DNA from: an uncultured Chloroflexia bacterium
GTDB taxonomy: Bacteria; Chloroflexota; Limnocylindria; Limnocylindrales; CSP1-4
NCBI GenBank assembly: GCA_963757865.1
Contig: CAVWSU010000021.1
Coordinates: 256,522 to 320,521 of the forward strand
Direction: 5' to 3'
Length of the DNA stretch: 64,000 nucleotides
Shown here: positions 1 through 9,550 of the stretch, one piece after another
Numbering within the stretch: the stretch's first letter is position 1
How the letters are laid out: each line of letters starts with the position of its first letter
Program-made: the position numbers and the translations under genes
The notes under the pieces: generated by a model
Told to the model about the DNA's origin: nothing
Databases searched by the model: none
What the model saw: only the letters and a program-made list of their open reading frames with translations

Positions 1-2901
1 GAGCCGGTCGGCGACGCGGATCATCGCGAGCTTGATGATGTCCGCGGCCGTCCCCTGGATCGGCATGTTGATGGCCATCCGCTCGCCGGCGGCCCGGAGG
101 TTCGGGTTGCGCTCCTGGAGCTCGGGGATGAAGCGGCGCCGGCCCAGCAGCGTGGTGACGAAGCCCTGCGTGCGAGCCACGTCCTTGATGTGGAGCATGT
201 AGTAGCTGATGCCGGAGTACGTGGCGAAGTAGGTCGTGATGAACTCCCGCGCCTCCTGCTGCGGGATGCCCGCCCGGCTCGACAGCCCGAAGTCGCTCAT
301 CCCGTAGGCGATGCCGAAGTTCACCATCTTGGCCATCGACCTTTCCGACGGCGTCACGTCCTCCGGCGCCTTGTGCAGCACCCGCGCCGCGGTCGACCGG
401 TGGATGTCCTCGCCCCGCGCGAACGCCTCGCGGAGGTGCTCGTCGCCCGACACGTGCGCCAGGATGCGCAGCTCGATCTGGCTGTAGTCCGCCGCCAGCA
501 GCGTCAGTGACGGGTCGCCGGCGACGAACGCCCGGCGGATGCGACGGCCCAGTTCCGTGCGGATCGGGATGTTCTGGAGGTTCGGGTCCGACGAGCTGAG
601 GCGGCCGGTCGCGGCCACGGCCTGGTGGAACGTCGTGTGGAGGCGCCCGGTGTCGCCGTCGATCAGCCCCGGGAGCGCGTCCACGTACGTGCTCTTGAGC
701 TTGCTGTACGAGCGCCAGTCCAGGAGCTTGTCGATCATGGGGTGCGCGGCCTTCAGTCCCTCGAGCGTCGTGGCGTCCGTCGAGTACCCGGTCTTGGTCC
801 GCTTGCCCTTCGGCAGGTTCAGCTCGTAGAAGAGGACCTGCTCCAGCTGCTTCGGGCTTCCCAGGTTGAACTCGTGTCCGACGTCCACGTAGATCTCGGC
901 CTCGAGCCGCCCGATCTCCCGGCCGAACAGCTCGCCGAGGGCGGCCAGGGCCTCCCGGTCGATCCGGACGCCCGTGGCCTCGATACCGGCCAGCACGGGG
1001 ATCAGGGGGAGCTCGAGCTCGTCGTAGAGGCGGCCGAGCGACTCCGAGGCGAGCGCGTCCCGGAGCGGGCCACGGACGGCAGCCACGGCGAGCGCCTCGA
1101 GGGCAGCCGCGTGCCATGGCTGCAGGTCCGAGCGCGGCGGAAGCTGGACGCCCAGGCGCTCGAACGCGATGTCCACGAGCGGCTGACTGCGCAGCGTGGC
1201 GTTGAGGATGTACGCGGCCACCTGCGTGTCGAAGGCGACCTGCGGGAGCGTGATGTCCGACGCCGAGCGTTCAGCCCGCGGGTCCATCGCGTCGACGTGG
1301 GCGACGAGGATCTGCTTCGTCTCGTGGCCGACGATCGGGCGGCCCGAGCGCACCACGGCGTCCAGCAGGGCCGGGGCCAGGGAGTCGTCGGCGGCAACGA
1401 CCCGGCAGTCGGCGCCCGCGACGGCCAGCCCGACGGGACGGCCCCGGCGCGGCTCCGGGCGGTCGAGCACGAGCCCGACGGCCAGCTCGGGCTGCGCCGC
1501 CAGCCACGTCGCAAGCGACGCGGGGTCCCCGTCGAGCCGCTCGATGCGGCCCGGATCGCGCAGGGCGGCAGCGAGGACCGACGCGGGGTCGATCCCCTCG
1601 ACAACCACAGCTGCATCCGCGACGGCGATGGGGGCATCGGCACCGGCCCCCGCCACGGTGCCGGCCTGCTCGTCCTCGGCGCCGGATCGTGGCCCGGCGT
1701 CCAGGCGCTCGCCCTCGGCGCCGGGTCGTGGCGCGCCGTCCGGGCGCTCGCCCTCGGCGCCGGGTCGTGGCGCGCCGTCGGCATGAGGTTCCCCGGCGCC
1801 GATCCCGGCCTCCCCGGCCGGGGCGTGCCCGCCCTCGACCGAGCGGCGGGCGGTCAGCGCATCGAAGTCGAGTGTCAGCTGAAGGCCGGATCCGTCGCGA
1901 TCGTCTCCCGGTGCACCGGGCATGCCCGTGGGTCGCCGCACGAGCTCGCGGCCCGGGACGATCGCGGCCGGAACCGCACCATCCGCGTCTGCCGCCCGGA
2001 GCAGAGCCCCCGGCTCGCGCGGTCGCTCACCGGACAGGGCAGGCAATCGCTCGATCAGCGAGCGGAACTCGTATTCCCGGAACAGGCGCATGACCTCGTC
2101 ACGGTCGTAGTCGCCCACGTGCGCGTCGTCCAGGCCCAGCTCGATCGGCAGATCACGATGGATGGTGACGAGCTCGCGAGACGAGAGGACCTGCTCCCGG
2201 TGTTCCGCGAGCCTTGCCCGCAGGGAATCGGGCTTGACGGCCTCGAGCCGTTCGTACACCCCATCGAGGGTGCCGAAGTCCTGCAGGAGCTTCGCGGCCG
2301 TCTTGTCGCCCACGCCCGGGACGCCGGGGATGTTGTCGGTCGTATCGCCCTTCAGCGCCTTGAAGTCGATCATCTGTGCCGGCACGAGCCCGTATCGCTC
2401 GTGCACTGCCGCCGGGTCGTACGTCACGGTCATCTGGACGCCGCCGCGCGTGGTCATGACGTGCGTGCGATCCGTCACGAGCTGCAGCATGTCGAGGTCT
2501 CCGGAGACGATCGTGGTATGCAGATCGCGCCCCTCGGCCTGGCGGCTGAGCGTGCCGATGACGTCGTCCGCCTCGAACCCCTGCATCTGGTAGATCGGAA
2601 TCCGGAACGCCTCGACGAGCTCCCGGACCCGCGGGAACTGGTCGCGCAGGTCGTCCGGCATCTTCTGGCGGGTGGCTTTGTAGTCCGCGAACGCCTCGTG
2701 GCGGAACGTCGGGCCGGACAGATCGAAGGCACAGATGACGTAGTCGGGTTTCACGTCCTGGAACCCGCGCAGCACGATCGACCAGAAGCCGAACACCGCG
2801 TTGACGAGGAGGCCGCGGCTCGTCGTGAGCGGCGTGTTGATCAGCGCGAAGTAGCCCCGGTAGATGAGGCCGTTCGCGTCGAGCAGCATCAGTCGCTCCA
2901 T
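1..2901 (-). CDS. polA: DNA polymerase I (5'-nuclease, exo-like and polymerase domains). The C-terminal end lies beyond the window edge.
   Basis: The minus frame is open from ATG 2899-2901 (GAGG 6 nt upstream) to position 1, so it is absent from the ORF track (no stop in window). Own translation gives 'MERLMLLDANGLIYRGYFAL', 'GDTTDNIPGVPGVGDKTAAKLL', 'LLAADYSQIELRILAH', 'SMAKMVNFGIAYGMS' and 'INMPIQGTAADIIKLAM'. Confidence 0.9.
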   Translation of the reverse strand, partial: MERLMLLDANGLIYRGYFALINTPLTTSRGLLVNAVFGFWSIVLRGFQDVKPDYVICAFDLSGPTFRHEAFADYKATRQKMPDDLRDQFPRVRELVEAFRIPIYQMQGFEADDVIGTLSRQAEGRDLHTTIVSGDLDMLQLVTDRTHVMTTRGGVQMTVTYDPAAVHERYGLVPAQMIDFKALKGDTTDNIPGVPGVGDKTAAKLLQDFGTLDGVYERLEAVKPDSLRARLAEHREQVLSSRELVTIHRDLPIELGLDDAHVGDYDRDEVMRLFREYEFRSLIERLPALSGERPREPGALLRAADADGAVPAAIVPGRELVRRPTGMPGAPGDDRDGSGLQLTLDFDALTARRSVEGGHAPAGEAGIGAGEPHADGAPRPGAEGERPDGAPRPGAEGERLDAGPRSGAEDEQAGTVAGAGADAPIAVADAAVVVEGIDPASVLAAALRDPGRIERLDGDPASLATWLAAQPELAVGLVLDRPEPRRGRPVGLAVAGADCRVVAADDSLAPALLDAVVRSGRPIVGHETKQILVAHVDAMDPRAERSASDITLPQVAFDTQVAAYILNATLRSQPLVDIAFERLGVQLPPRSDLQPWHAAALEALAVAAVRGPLRDALASESLGRLYDELELPLIPVLAGIEATGVRIDREALAALGELFGREIGRLEAEIYVDVGHEFNLGSPKQLEQVLFYELNLPKGKRTKTGYSTDATTLEGLKAAHPMIDKLLDWRSYSKLKSTYVDALPGLIDGDTGRLHTTFHQAVAATGRLSSSDPNLQNIPIRTELGRRIRRAFVAGDPSLTLLAADYSQIELRILAHVSGDEHLREAFARGEDIHRSTAARVLHKAPEDVTPSERSMAKMVNFGIAYGMSDFGLSSRAGIPQQEAREFITTYFATYSGISYYMLHIKDVARTQGFVTTLLGRRRFIPELQERNPNLRAAGERMAINMPIQGTAADIIKLAMIRVADRL
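1675..1779 (-). repeat. In-frame 39-nt tandem repeat (about 2.7 copies) in the polA inter-domain linker, encoding the 13-aa unit GERPDGAPRPGAE.
   Basis: Units at 1675-1713 and 1714-1752 plus a partial unit at 1753-1779 are near-identical ('ctcggcgccgg(a/g)tcgtggc.cg.cgtcc.ggcgctcgcc'). The unit length is a multiple of 3 and is phased with the polA frame. Confidence 0.85.
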
Positions 2902-2961
2902 GGGGACCTCGCGGCACGGAGGCTGGCATGGAACGGGCGTGGAACGGGCACACCCGATTGT

Positions 2962-3054
2962 AGGCGCCGATCGCGACCCGACGGGGTTACGGATCGCCGA
3001 CCGCGGCGCACGGGTGTAACGAGGCGCCGCCGGTCGCGGCCCGACGGGGTTACG
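2962..3054. repeat. Degenerate ~30-nt tandem repeat (3 units) 60-150 nt upstream of the polA start.
   Basis: Units 2962-2991 and 3022-3054 share 'aggcgccg..(g)tcgcg(a/g)cccgacggggttacg'. The middle unit 2992-3021 is a diverged copy ending 'cacgggtgtaacg'. Confidence 0.6.
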
Positions 3055-3977
3055 AGGCGCGCCGCAGCGACAGGCGGACGGCGACGAACGCGAGGAGGCC
3101 GGCGACCGCGAGCAGGAGCCACGCCTGCCACGCCGAGACCGTCGGGCCGGCGCCGGGCACGCCCGCGTGCGACTGGGCCTGGCGGGTGACGGCGCCCGCT
3201 GCGGACGGTACCGGGCCGAGTGCCACGAGCGGGGACGGCGGCTGGCCGGCAGACGAACTGTCACTGGCCGGACCCGACGGCGCGGGCGATGCCGCCTGGG
3301 CGGCCGGCGCCACTCTCGGCGTGGGCGCGACGCTCGGTGGAGGGGCCGCCGCCGTCAGGGGACCCGCGGGCGGCGATGCCTGCGCGGCGAACGGGGATGC
3401 GGCTCCCGCGGCAGGGGCCGCGGCCGGCGCGGCGGAAGCGACCGGAGGCGCGGCGGACGCGGGCCCTGCGTTTGGATTGACCGCGAGGCCGGGAGCGGCA
3501 GCCCCGGCGACACCCTGGCCGGACTGCCCGGTCGCCTCCAACGTGGCGGAGCCCGTCGCGAAGCCCGGGATGCCCGACCGGCGACGTGACGAGTGCCATC
3601 ACGAGGCCGACGGCCACCGCCGCCCCCGCAAGGCGTTGCAGCCCGATCAGGGGGCCTGGCCGGCCCGGTCGGGGATCACCGGCGCCCGAGACGCGACTCA
3701 ACCAGCGCAGTGGGGCGGGTCGCCGGAGATGGGCCGCCTGCTCGGCGGAGATCCGGAAGTCGCGCCGGCGCACCGGATGGGGCAGGTCCGCCGTCGCCCG
3801 TGCGATCGCAAGCAGGTCGGACGCCAGCAGCCGGCAGTCGGGACAGGTCGCGAGCAGCTCCCGGGCGACCGTCGTCTCGACGTCGGTCGTGTCGCCGGCG
3901 GCAAACCGGACGACGAGGAGCTGGTCGTGCGTGGCGTGCGCGGGACGCTCGCCACCACGCGGTCGATCGATCTTCAC
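3050..3977 (-). CDS. Putative anti-sigma factor: CxxC N-domain, one TM helix, then an Ala/Pro-rich tail with a C-terminal hydrophobic segment. The reading frame changes at about 3545-3580.
   Basis: ORF 3261..3977 starts 16 nt after the ECF sigma stop and contains 'ATCPDCRLLASDL' and the TM 'LAGAAVAVGLVMALVT', then turns Arg-rich and junk-like. Overlapping ORF 3050..3541 (open only from a TGA inside the TM codons) reads as a plausible A/P-rich tail ending 'AWLLLAVAGLLAFVAVRLSLRRAS'. Confidence 0.55.
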
Positions 3978-3993
3978 GGCCCTCCTGACGCCC

Positions 3994-4692
3994 TCAGTCC
4001 CGGAAGAGTTCCATCGAGTCCTCCAGCAGCGCGCGCAGTGCCAGCCGGCCTCGATGGATTCGCGACTTCACGGTGCCGAGCGACACGCCCGACAGCCGCG
4101 CGATCTCCGGGTAGTCGTATCCCTCGACGTCGTAGAGCAGGATCGCGGCACGCTGCCCGTCGGTCAGCTCGGCCAGCGCGGCCGACAACGCGCGTGCCTG
4201 CGCCCGGCGGACCACCTCCCGCTCGGGATCCGCGGACGCCGGCGCCGCCGGTTCCCAGGGCTCGTCCTCGCGCTCCGGGTACGGCTCGCTCGGACGCCGC
4301 TTGCGGAGCCGGAGCACGTCGGTGGACGCGTTGACGGCGATGCGGAAGATCCAGGCACGGAACGAATCGCCGCGAAACGCGTGCAGGTTCCGGTAGGCCC
4401 GGATGAAGGACTCCTGGACCGCGTCGTGCGCGGCTTCGACGTCGCCAGTCAGGCGCGTCGACAGGGCGAGCAGGTGGTCCTGGTAGTGGACGACGAGCTC
4501 GTTGAAGGCGTCGAGGTCACCGCTCCTCGCCCGGTCGACCAGTCGCAGGTCGCGTTCGCGGGACGGATCGACCGCCCGCTCGACGGGCTGTGCGAGCTCT
4601 TCCACGGGTTGGGCGGCCAGCCTCCTCCGGCGCCCGAGTCTAGCATGCGGCCTCCGCCCGACGGCGGGCATCGCGCGGATCCCTGGGGGCAC
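3994..4692 (-). CDS. ECF-type RNA polymerase sigma-70 family factor. The true start is probably downstream of 4692, e.g. the GTG giving 'VEELAQP'.
   Basis: Region 2 is 'DLDAFNELVVHYQDHLLALSTRLTGDVEAAHDAVQESFIRAY'. The region 4 HTH is 'LLYDVEGYDYPEIARLSGVSLGTVKSRIHRGR'. An anti-sigma gene follows directly. Confidence 0.85.
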   Translation of the reverse strand: MPPGIRAMPAVGRRPHARLGRRRRLAAQPVEELAQPVERAVDPSRERDLRLVDRARSGDLDAFNELVVHYQDHLLALSTRLTGDVEAAHDAVQESFIRAYRNLHAFRGDSFRAWIFRIAVNASTDVLRLRKRRPSEPYPEREDEPWEPAAPASADPEREVVRRAQARALSAALAELTDGQRAAILLYDVEGYDYPEIARLSGVSLGTVKSRIHRGRLALRALLEDSMELFRD

Positions 4693-4722
4693 GAGGGCGG
4701 TCCCGCGGGCGACGATCGGCGG

Positions 4723-7700
4723 TCACTGGACCCAGAGCTGATCGAGGATCACCTGCAGGACCGGGTGATGCTGGAAGCCGCCCACGCGGCTCGAGACGAA
4801 CTCGACATCCGTCGGGTTGAATGCCGCGATCGCCGGGGATTCGTCGACGATCCGCTGGTCGATGGTCGACCACATGGCGTTGGCTCCGGCGCTGTCCCCC
4901 TGCGCCTGGGTGGCGAGTGCCTTCGTGACCATGGCGTCGAGGCCCCGGTCGCAGAACTCGCTGGGGTACGCCTCGTACACCACGCCGGGGTAGTCCGGGC
5001 AGGTGAAGGCGCCCGGGATCATCTCCGCCGCCGTGGGTTCCGACGTGGCGAACCAATAGCCCGCCATCTGGATGTGCGAGGGACGGGTCAGGACCCCGTT
5101 CGTCCCCCAGAACGCGTCGAGGGTCATCAGCCTGGCGGTGGCCCGGAACCCGAGCTGGCGCAGGAGCCCGGCGAAGTACTCGGCGACCTCACGATGGCCC
5201 GGCAGGTCCAATCCGTAGACCGTCACGCTTTCGCCCCGGACGCCGGCCGCGTCGATCAGGGATCGCGCCGTCGCCAGGTCGGGCCCCCGCCAGACGCCGT
5301 CGCTGGACGGGTCGACCGTGTACGGGCAGTACGGAACGTAGCCCGCGAACGAGGGAGGCACGACCTGGCAGCTGATGCGCGCCTGCAGCTCGCCTCCATA
5401 CGCGGCGACGACCGCCTGCCTGTCCGTCGCCAGGTTCACGGCGCGCCGGACGTTGGGGTCGTTGAACGGCTGGGTCGTCGTGTTCATGAACTCGAAGAAC
5501 GTCTGGGTCGAGGCCGCCACGTGGAGCTGCGCCGGCAGTCCCGTGGCCAGGTACGCGAGCCGCTGTGCCGTGAGCGCGTCGGCCACCCAGTCGGCCGCGC
5601 CCGACTGGACCAGGAGGGAACCGTCCTGGCCGTCCGGCACGGCCCGCCACTCGATCGCGTCGGGGTACCCATCCGGCTGGGCCTCGCTCGACCAGGCCGC
5701 GAACCGGGGGTTCCGGACGAGGCGGATCCCGTCCGAGCGGCTGAAGCTCTCGAACACGTACGGCCCGGTCGCCGGCAGGGCCGTGGGACTCTCGGACAGT
5801 GGCGTGTCCGCCGGGACGATCGAGGCCGTGGGCCAGGCGAGCGAGACGAGGAAGTTCGGGTCCGGCTGGCGCAGGTGGAACGTCACCGTGCGCGTGCGAT
5901 CGTCCGCCACGATGGCCCGGGAGAGGTCGCACGACCGCGCGCTCGTGCAGCTGCCGGCGCCGACGAGATTGCCGAACGAGACGTTGCCGAAGGGAGCGAG
6001 CAGGGCACGTTCGATCGAGCGAATGACGTCGCTGGCCTGCACCGGCTGTCCGGTCGAGTATTCGATGTTCGGTCGCAGCTGGAACAGATACGTCAGACCG
6101 CCATCCGGCGACGTGGGCATCGCCACGGCCAGGTCCGGGACGACCGTCAGTCCGTCGGGGCCACCGACGCGCTTGAACCCGAGCAGGCCGTCGTTCGTCA
6201 GCATCACCAGGGTGACCGCGTTGAACTGGGCAAACGCGGGATCCGGAGAGTTCGGGAAATCGTCGGCAGAGCTGACGACACGGAGCGTCCCTCCCCTGTG
6301 GTTTCCGACAGCCGCCCGCACGGTGAAGACCGGTCGCGACCCATCGAGCGCCACGGACCTGGGGCTGCTCGCCAGCGGAAAGTGCTCCGCCGCGTTCGTC
6401 TGCGTGTCGATCCTGACGAGCCCGGCCGGTGCACCGACCGGCACCCAGAGCGCTGCCTGGTCCAGGGCGATGGCGCCGGGGTCCTGGCCGACCGGAACGA
6501 CGGCCTGGACGGTGCCGGTGGCCGCGTCCACGCGCGACACCGTGCCGTCACGCGAGTTCGTGACCCATACCGAGCCGCCGGTCGCCGCGACGTAGGCGGG
6601 ACCGTTGCCGACGTGGATACGGCCGACGACGGCACCGGTGCGCGGGATCCACGCGCACCAGGACCCCGGACTCGAAGTCGGCGACCCAGAGGGCGTCGGC
6701 GTCCGCCGCGATCCCGAGCGGGGTCTGAGCGACGGGAAACGTCGCGACAGCATCGCTCGATGGGTCGATCCGCGAGAGGGTCCCGGCGAGCCGGTTGGTG
6801 ACCCAGACCCACCGGCCGTCGGACGCGACTCCGGCAGGCGCTATGCCGACCGTGACCGTGGCGACGACGGCGTTCGTGACCGGATCGATGCGCGAGACCG
6901 TCCGATCCCCGCTGTCCGTCACCCACACGGCACCGAACGCGAACGCGATGCTCGTCGGATCGGCACCGACCCGGATCGTCTGGCTCACCCGGTTCGTCGT
7001 GCGGCCCAGCCGCGTGACGGTGCCGTCGGTGGTGTTCGCCACCCAGACGGAACCCGCACCGACGGCGATGCCGTCCGGCAGCGCGCCGACCGGCGACGCG
7101 GCGACGACGGAGCCGGCCGGGCCCATCCAGGCGACGCTGTCCGCGACGATGGGCACGGACGAGGGCTCGACGGGCGTGGCAGATGCCGGCGCGCCTGTCG
7201 CGACGGGGATGGTCGGCGATGCGGGCAGGACGCGCGGCACCACGGTGATTCCGACGGCCAGGACGACGACGGACACCACGACCGCGACGGCACTGCGCAG
7301 GACCGTCGCACGCCGCGGGCGGGCCCGGCCGGGCCGGGCGTCCGGATCATCGGGCGGCGCACCGCTGACGCTCACGGCCGCCACTCCCGCGCGGGCCGCG
7401 GTCGCCGGAACAGGCGCAGGCCGCGACTCCTCGTCGCGAGGCTTCATCGCTGCGTGCTCGAGGGGCGCAGCGGCCGCCGGGATTTCCGTGTCCGCCGCCG
7501 ATGGGCCCGACGAGTCGCCCTCGCGGATCCGTCGCGCCAGTTCCCGGAGCTCGGCGCCCGGTTCGACGTCGAGTTCCCGGCGAAGCGCCTGCTCGGCGTC
7601 GCGATACGCCCGGAGCGCCTCGGCCCTGCGGCCGGTACGGGCGAGAACGAGCACGAGGTCCATCCAGAGCCGTTCGCGGTATGGTGATTCGCCCAGCGCG

Positions 7701-8299
7701 CGGCGGAGCTCCGGGATCACCCCTTCGGCGTTGCCGAGCGCGAGACGGATCCGCACGAGATCGTCCACCGCGGATGCCCGGAGCTCGCCGAGCCGGAGGA
7801 GTTCCGTGCTCGCCACCGGATCGTCCCCGATGTCGGGAAGGCCTTCACCACGCCAGAGCGCGAGGGCGTCCGACAGGACCGTCGCCGCCCCCGCCGGGTC
7901 CGGCCCGGATGCGCTCCGTCCCTCGGCGACGAGTCGCTCGAATCGCTCGGAGTCGATCGACAGCGGGTCGACCTCGAGCCGGTATCCGCGCCCGTCGGTG
8001 ACGATGGCCAGTTCCGAGGTATCGCCCGACTGCTCCATCGCGAGCAGGCGGCGCAATTGAAAGACATACGTCTGGAGCGTCTTCACCGCGCTGTCGGGCG
8101 GGTCCTCGCCCCAGAGCGCCTGGACGAGTTGCTCCGTGGAGATCGTCCGGTTGGGCTGGAGGGCGAGGACGGCGAGCAGGATTCGCTGCTTGGCCGGGAG
8201 TCGGAGGGAATGCCCGCCCAAGGTGACGCGGATCGGTCCGAGGACGCTGATCTCCATGGGACGCAGCGCGACGATACACGAGGGCCGAGCGGCGATCAA
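4723..8299 (-). CDS. Membrane-spanning SARP-family regulator (OmpR-type wHTH + BTAD) fused to YVTN/NHL-like beta-propeller repeats and a family-5 solute-binding domain. The frame is interrupted at 6644-6646.
   Basis: ORF 6548..8299 contains the wHTH 'LRLPAKQRILLAVLAL', the BTAD 'PYRERLWMDLVLVLARTGRRAEALRAYRDAEQALRRELDVEPGAELRELA', the TM 'AVAVVVSVVVLAVGITVV' and repeats 'GSVWVANTTDGTVTRL'. ORF 4723..6753 continues the repeats and then an SBP_bac_5-like domain. Removing one base at the GGG run joins '...GVLVRVDP|RTGAVVGRIHVGNGP'. An alternative start is ATG 8257. Confidence 0.8.
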
Positions 8300-8320
8300 T
8301 CGCGCGTGGCCACGTCCACC

Positions 8321-8372
8321 CGCCGAATCGGCCCGAATCGATCAATCCTCTGCCCGGATTCGACCGATTCTC
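8321..8372. promoter_or_regulatory. Candidate operator: four GAATCG-type hexamers (two direct, two inverted) in the divergent SARP/cupin promoter region.
   Basis: GAATCG occurs at 8325-8330 and 8335-8340 (10-nt period). Its complement CGATTC occurs at 8365-8370, and a near copy GGATTC at 8356-8361. Confidence 0.3.
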
Positions 8373-8477
8373 GACCGGCGGCTGCTTCCATCCGCTCGCG
8401 CCGCCATTGCGGCGCGGCGCGCTCCGACGTTCCGGGGCGCCAGGTGGCAGTGGTCCCGTCCGCACAGGGAGGGGGAG

Positions 8478-8980
8478 ATGAAACCCAGATGGATCCTGGT
8501 CGTTCCGATCGTGATGATCGCGCTCACCGCATTTGGTGGAAGCGTCGTGGCGACATCGATGTCCGGTTTCAAGGGCACGACGTTGGCCAACGCCACCTAC
8601 GGCGACATCTTCTCGCACGTCCACACCGTTCCGGCGTCGTGGAATGAGCTCATTTCGACGAAGGGACTGTCGGACCTCTACGTGCAGCAGAACACGTGGC
8701 AGCCCGGCGGCACGACCGGCTGGCACACGCACCCGGGCCCGAGCTTCGTGATCGTCACCCAGGGGAGCGTCACGGTCTACGACGGTGACGACCCGAACTG
8801 CACGCCACATGTCTACACGGCGAACACGCCCACCAACGCGTTCGTGGATCCGGGCGACGGACACGTGCACGTGATCCGGAACGAGACCGACAAGGTGGCG
8901 CAGGCGATCGCGGTGCAGCTCATTCCCACTGGGGCAGTCGGCGGCAGGACGCCCCGGACCCGGGCACGTGCCCGTTCTAG
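8478..8980 (+). CDS. Secreted cupin-domain protein. A probable 1-nt deletion near 8939 means the uninterrupted ORF runs on to 9314.
   Basis: ATG 8478 follows 'gggaggggga'. The signal/TM is 'MKPRWILVVPIVMIALTAFGG' and the cupin core is 'GGTTGWHTHPGPSFVIVTQGSVTVY ... HVHVIRNE'. After 'QLIPTGAV' frame A becomes Arg-rich, while the -1 frame reads 'RRQDAPDPGTCPF*' with a stop at 8978-8980. Confidence 0.6.
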
Positions 8981-9093
8981 GCAGGCCCCGACCAATCGGT
9001 GTGCCGGCGGGAGGCGGGACCGACAGATCACACCCGGGTTCGGGTGTGGGTCGCCCCCGGATCCGCACGGCAGATGCATCGAGGAGGTTCAGC

Positions 9094-9456
9094 ATGAAGT
9101 CGAGCGTCATGAAGTCGAGAATTGCCGGGGCAGCCCTCGCGGCGGCCATCGCCCTTGTGCTCGCCACCGCAGGGGTCGTCGGAGCATCCGACCAGAACGT
9201 CATCACATACCAGCGGGGCGACCCCCTGACGAACGGCTGCGCAGGCGGCTGGGAAGCCCTCAAGCTGGCCGATCTCGCGCCGTACGGCTACAAGGTCCCG
9301 TCCCTCGTCGATGACCCCGCCAACGGCGGAAATGGCGACGGCACCGTCTGCGGCAAGCCGTGGACGCCCCAGGAGCAGGCGGCGCGATTGCCCGACTCCA
9401 CCGTTCCCGTGATCTTCGACTTCATCGACAACTCCCTGCCGCCCACCGGACGGTAG
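9094..9456 (+). CDS. Small secreted protein of unknown function (2 Cys, 'DDPANGGNGDGTVC').
   Basis: ATG 9094 has 'gaggagg' 7 nt upstream. The signal peptide is 'MKSSVMKSRIAGAALAAAIALVLATAGVVGA'. Confidence 0.6.
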   Translation: MKSSVMKSRIAGAALAAAIALVLATAGVVGASDQNVITYQRGDPLTNGCAGGWEALKLADLAPYGYKVPSLVDDPANGGNGDGTVCGKPWTPQEQAARLPDSTVPVIFDFIDNSLPPTGR

Positions 9457-9550
9457 CAGCAGCCCGGCTCCAACCGTGGCCGGCCCCGGGCCGGAGAGAC
9501 ATCTCCGACCCGCCGGCCTGGATGGCGGCCACATTCGCTGGAGGAGCGTG

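Noticed and set aside
3586-6801. 1071-aa plus-strand ORF (similar cases: 625..3189, 13466..16639, 25354..27120).
   Set aside because: It is antisense to well-supported genes, with an extreme Arg/Gly/Pro composition and no recognisable motifs. It is a typical stop-poor shadow ORF of high-GC DNA.
8980-9314. C-terminal 110-aa extension of the cupin ORF.
   Set aside because: It is Arg-rich and overlaps the RBS, start and signal peptide of the next gene in another frame. It is better explained by a missing base near 8939.
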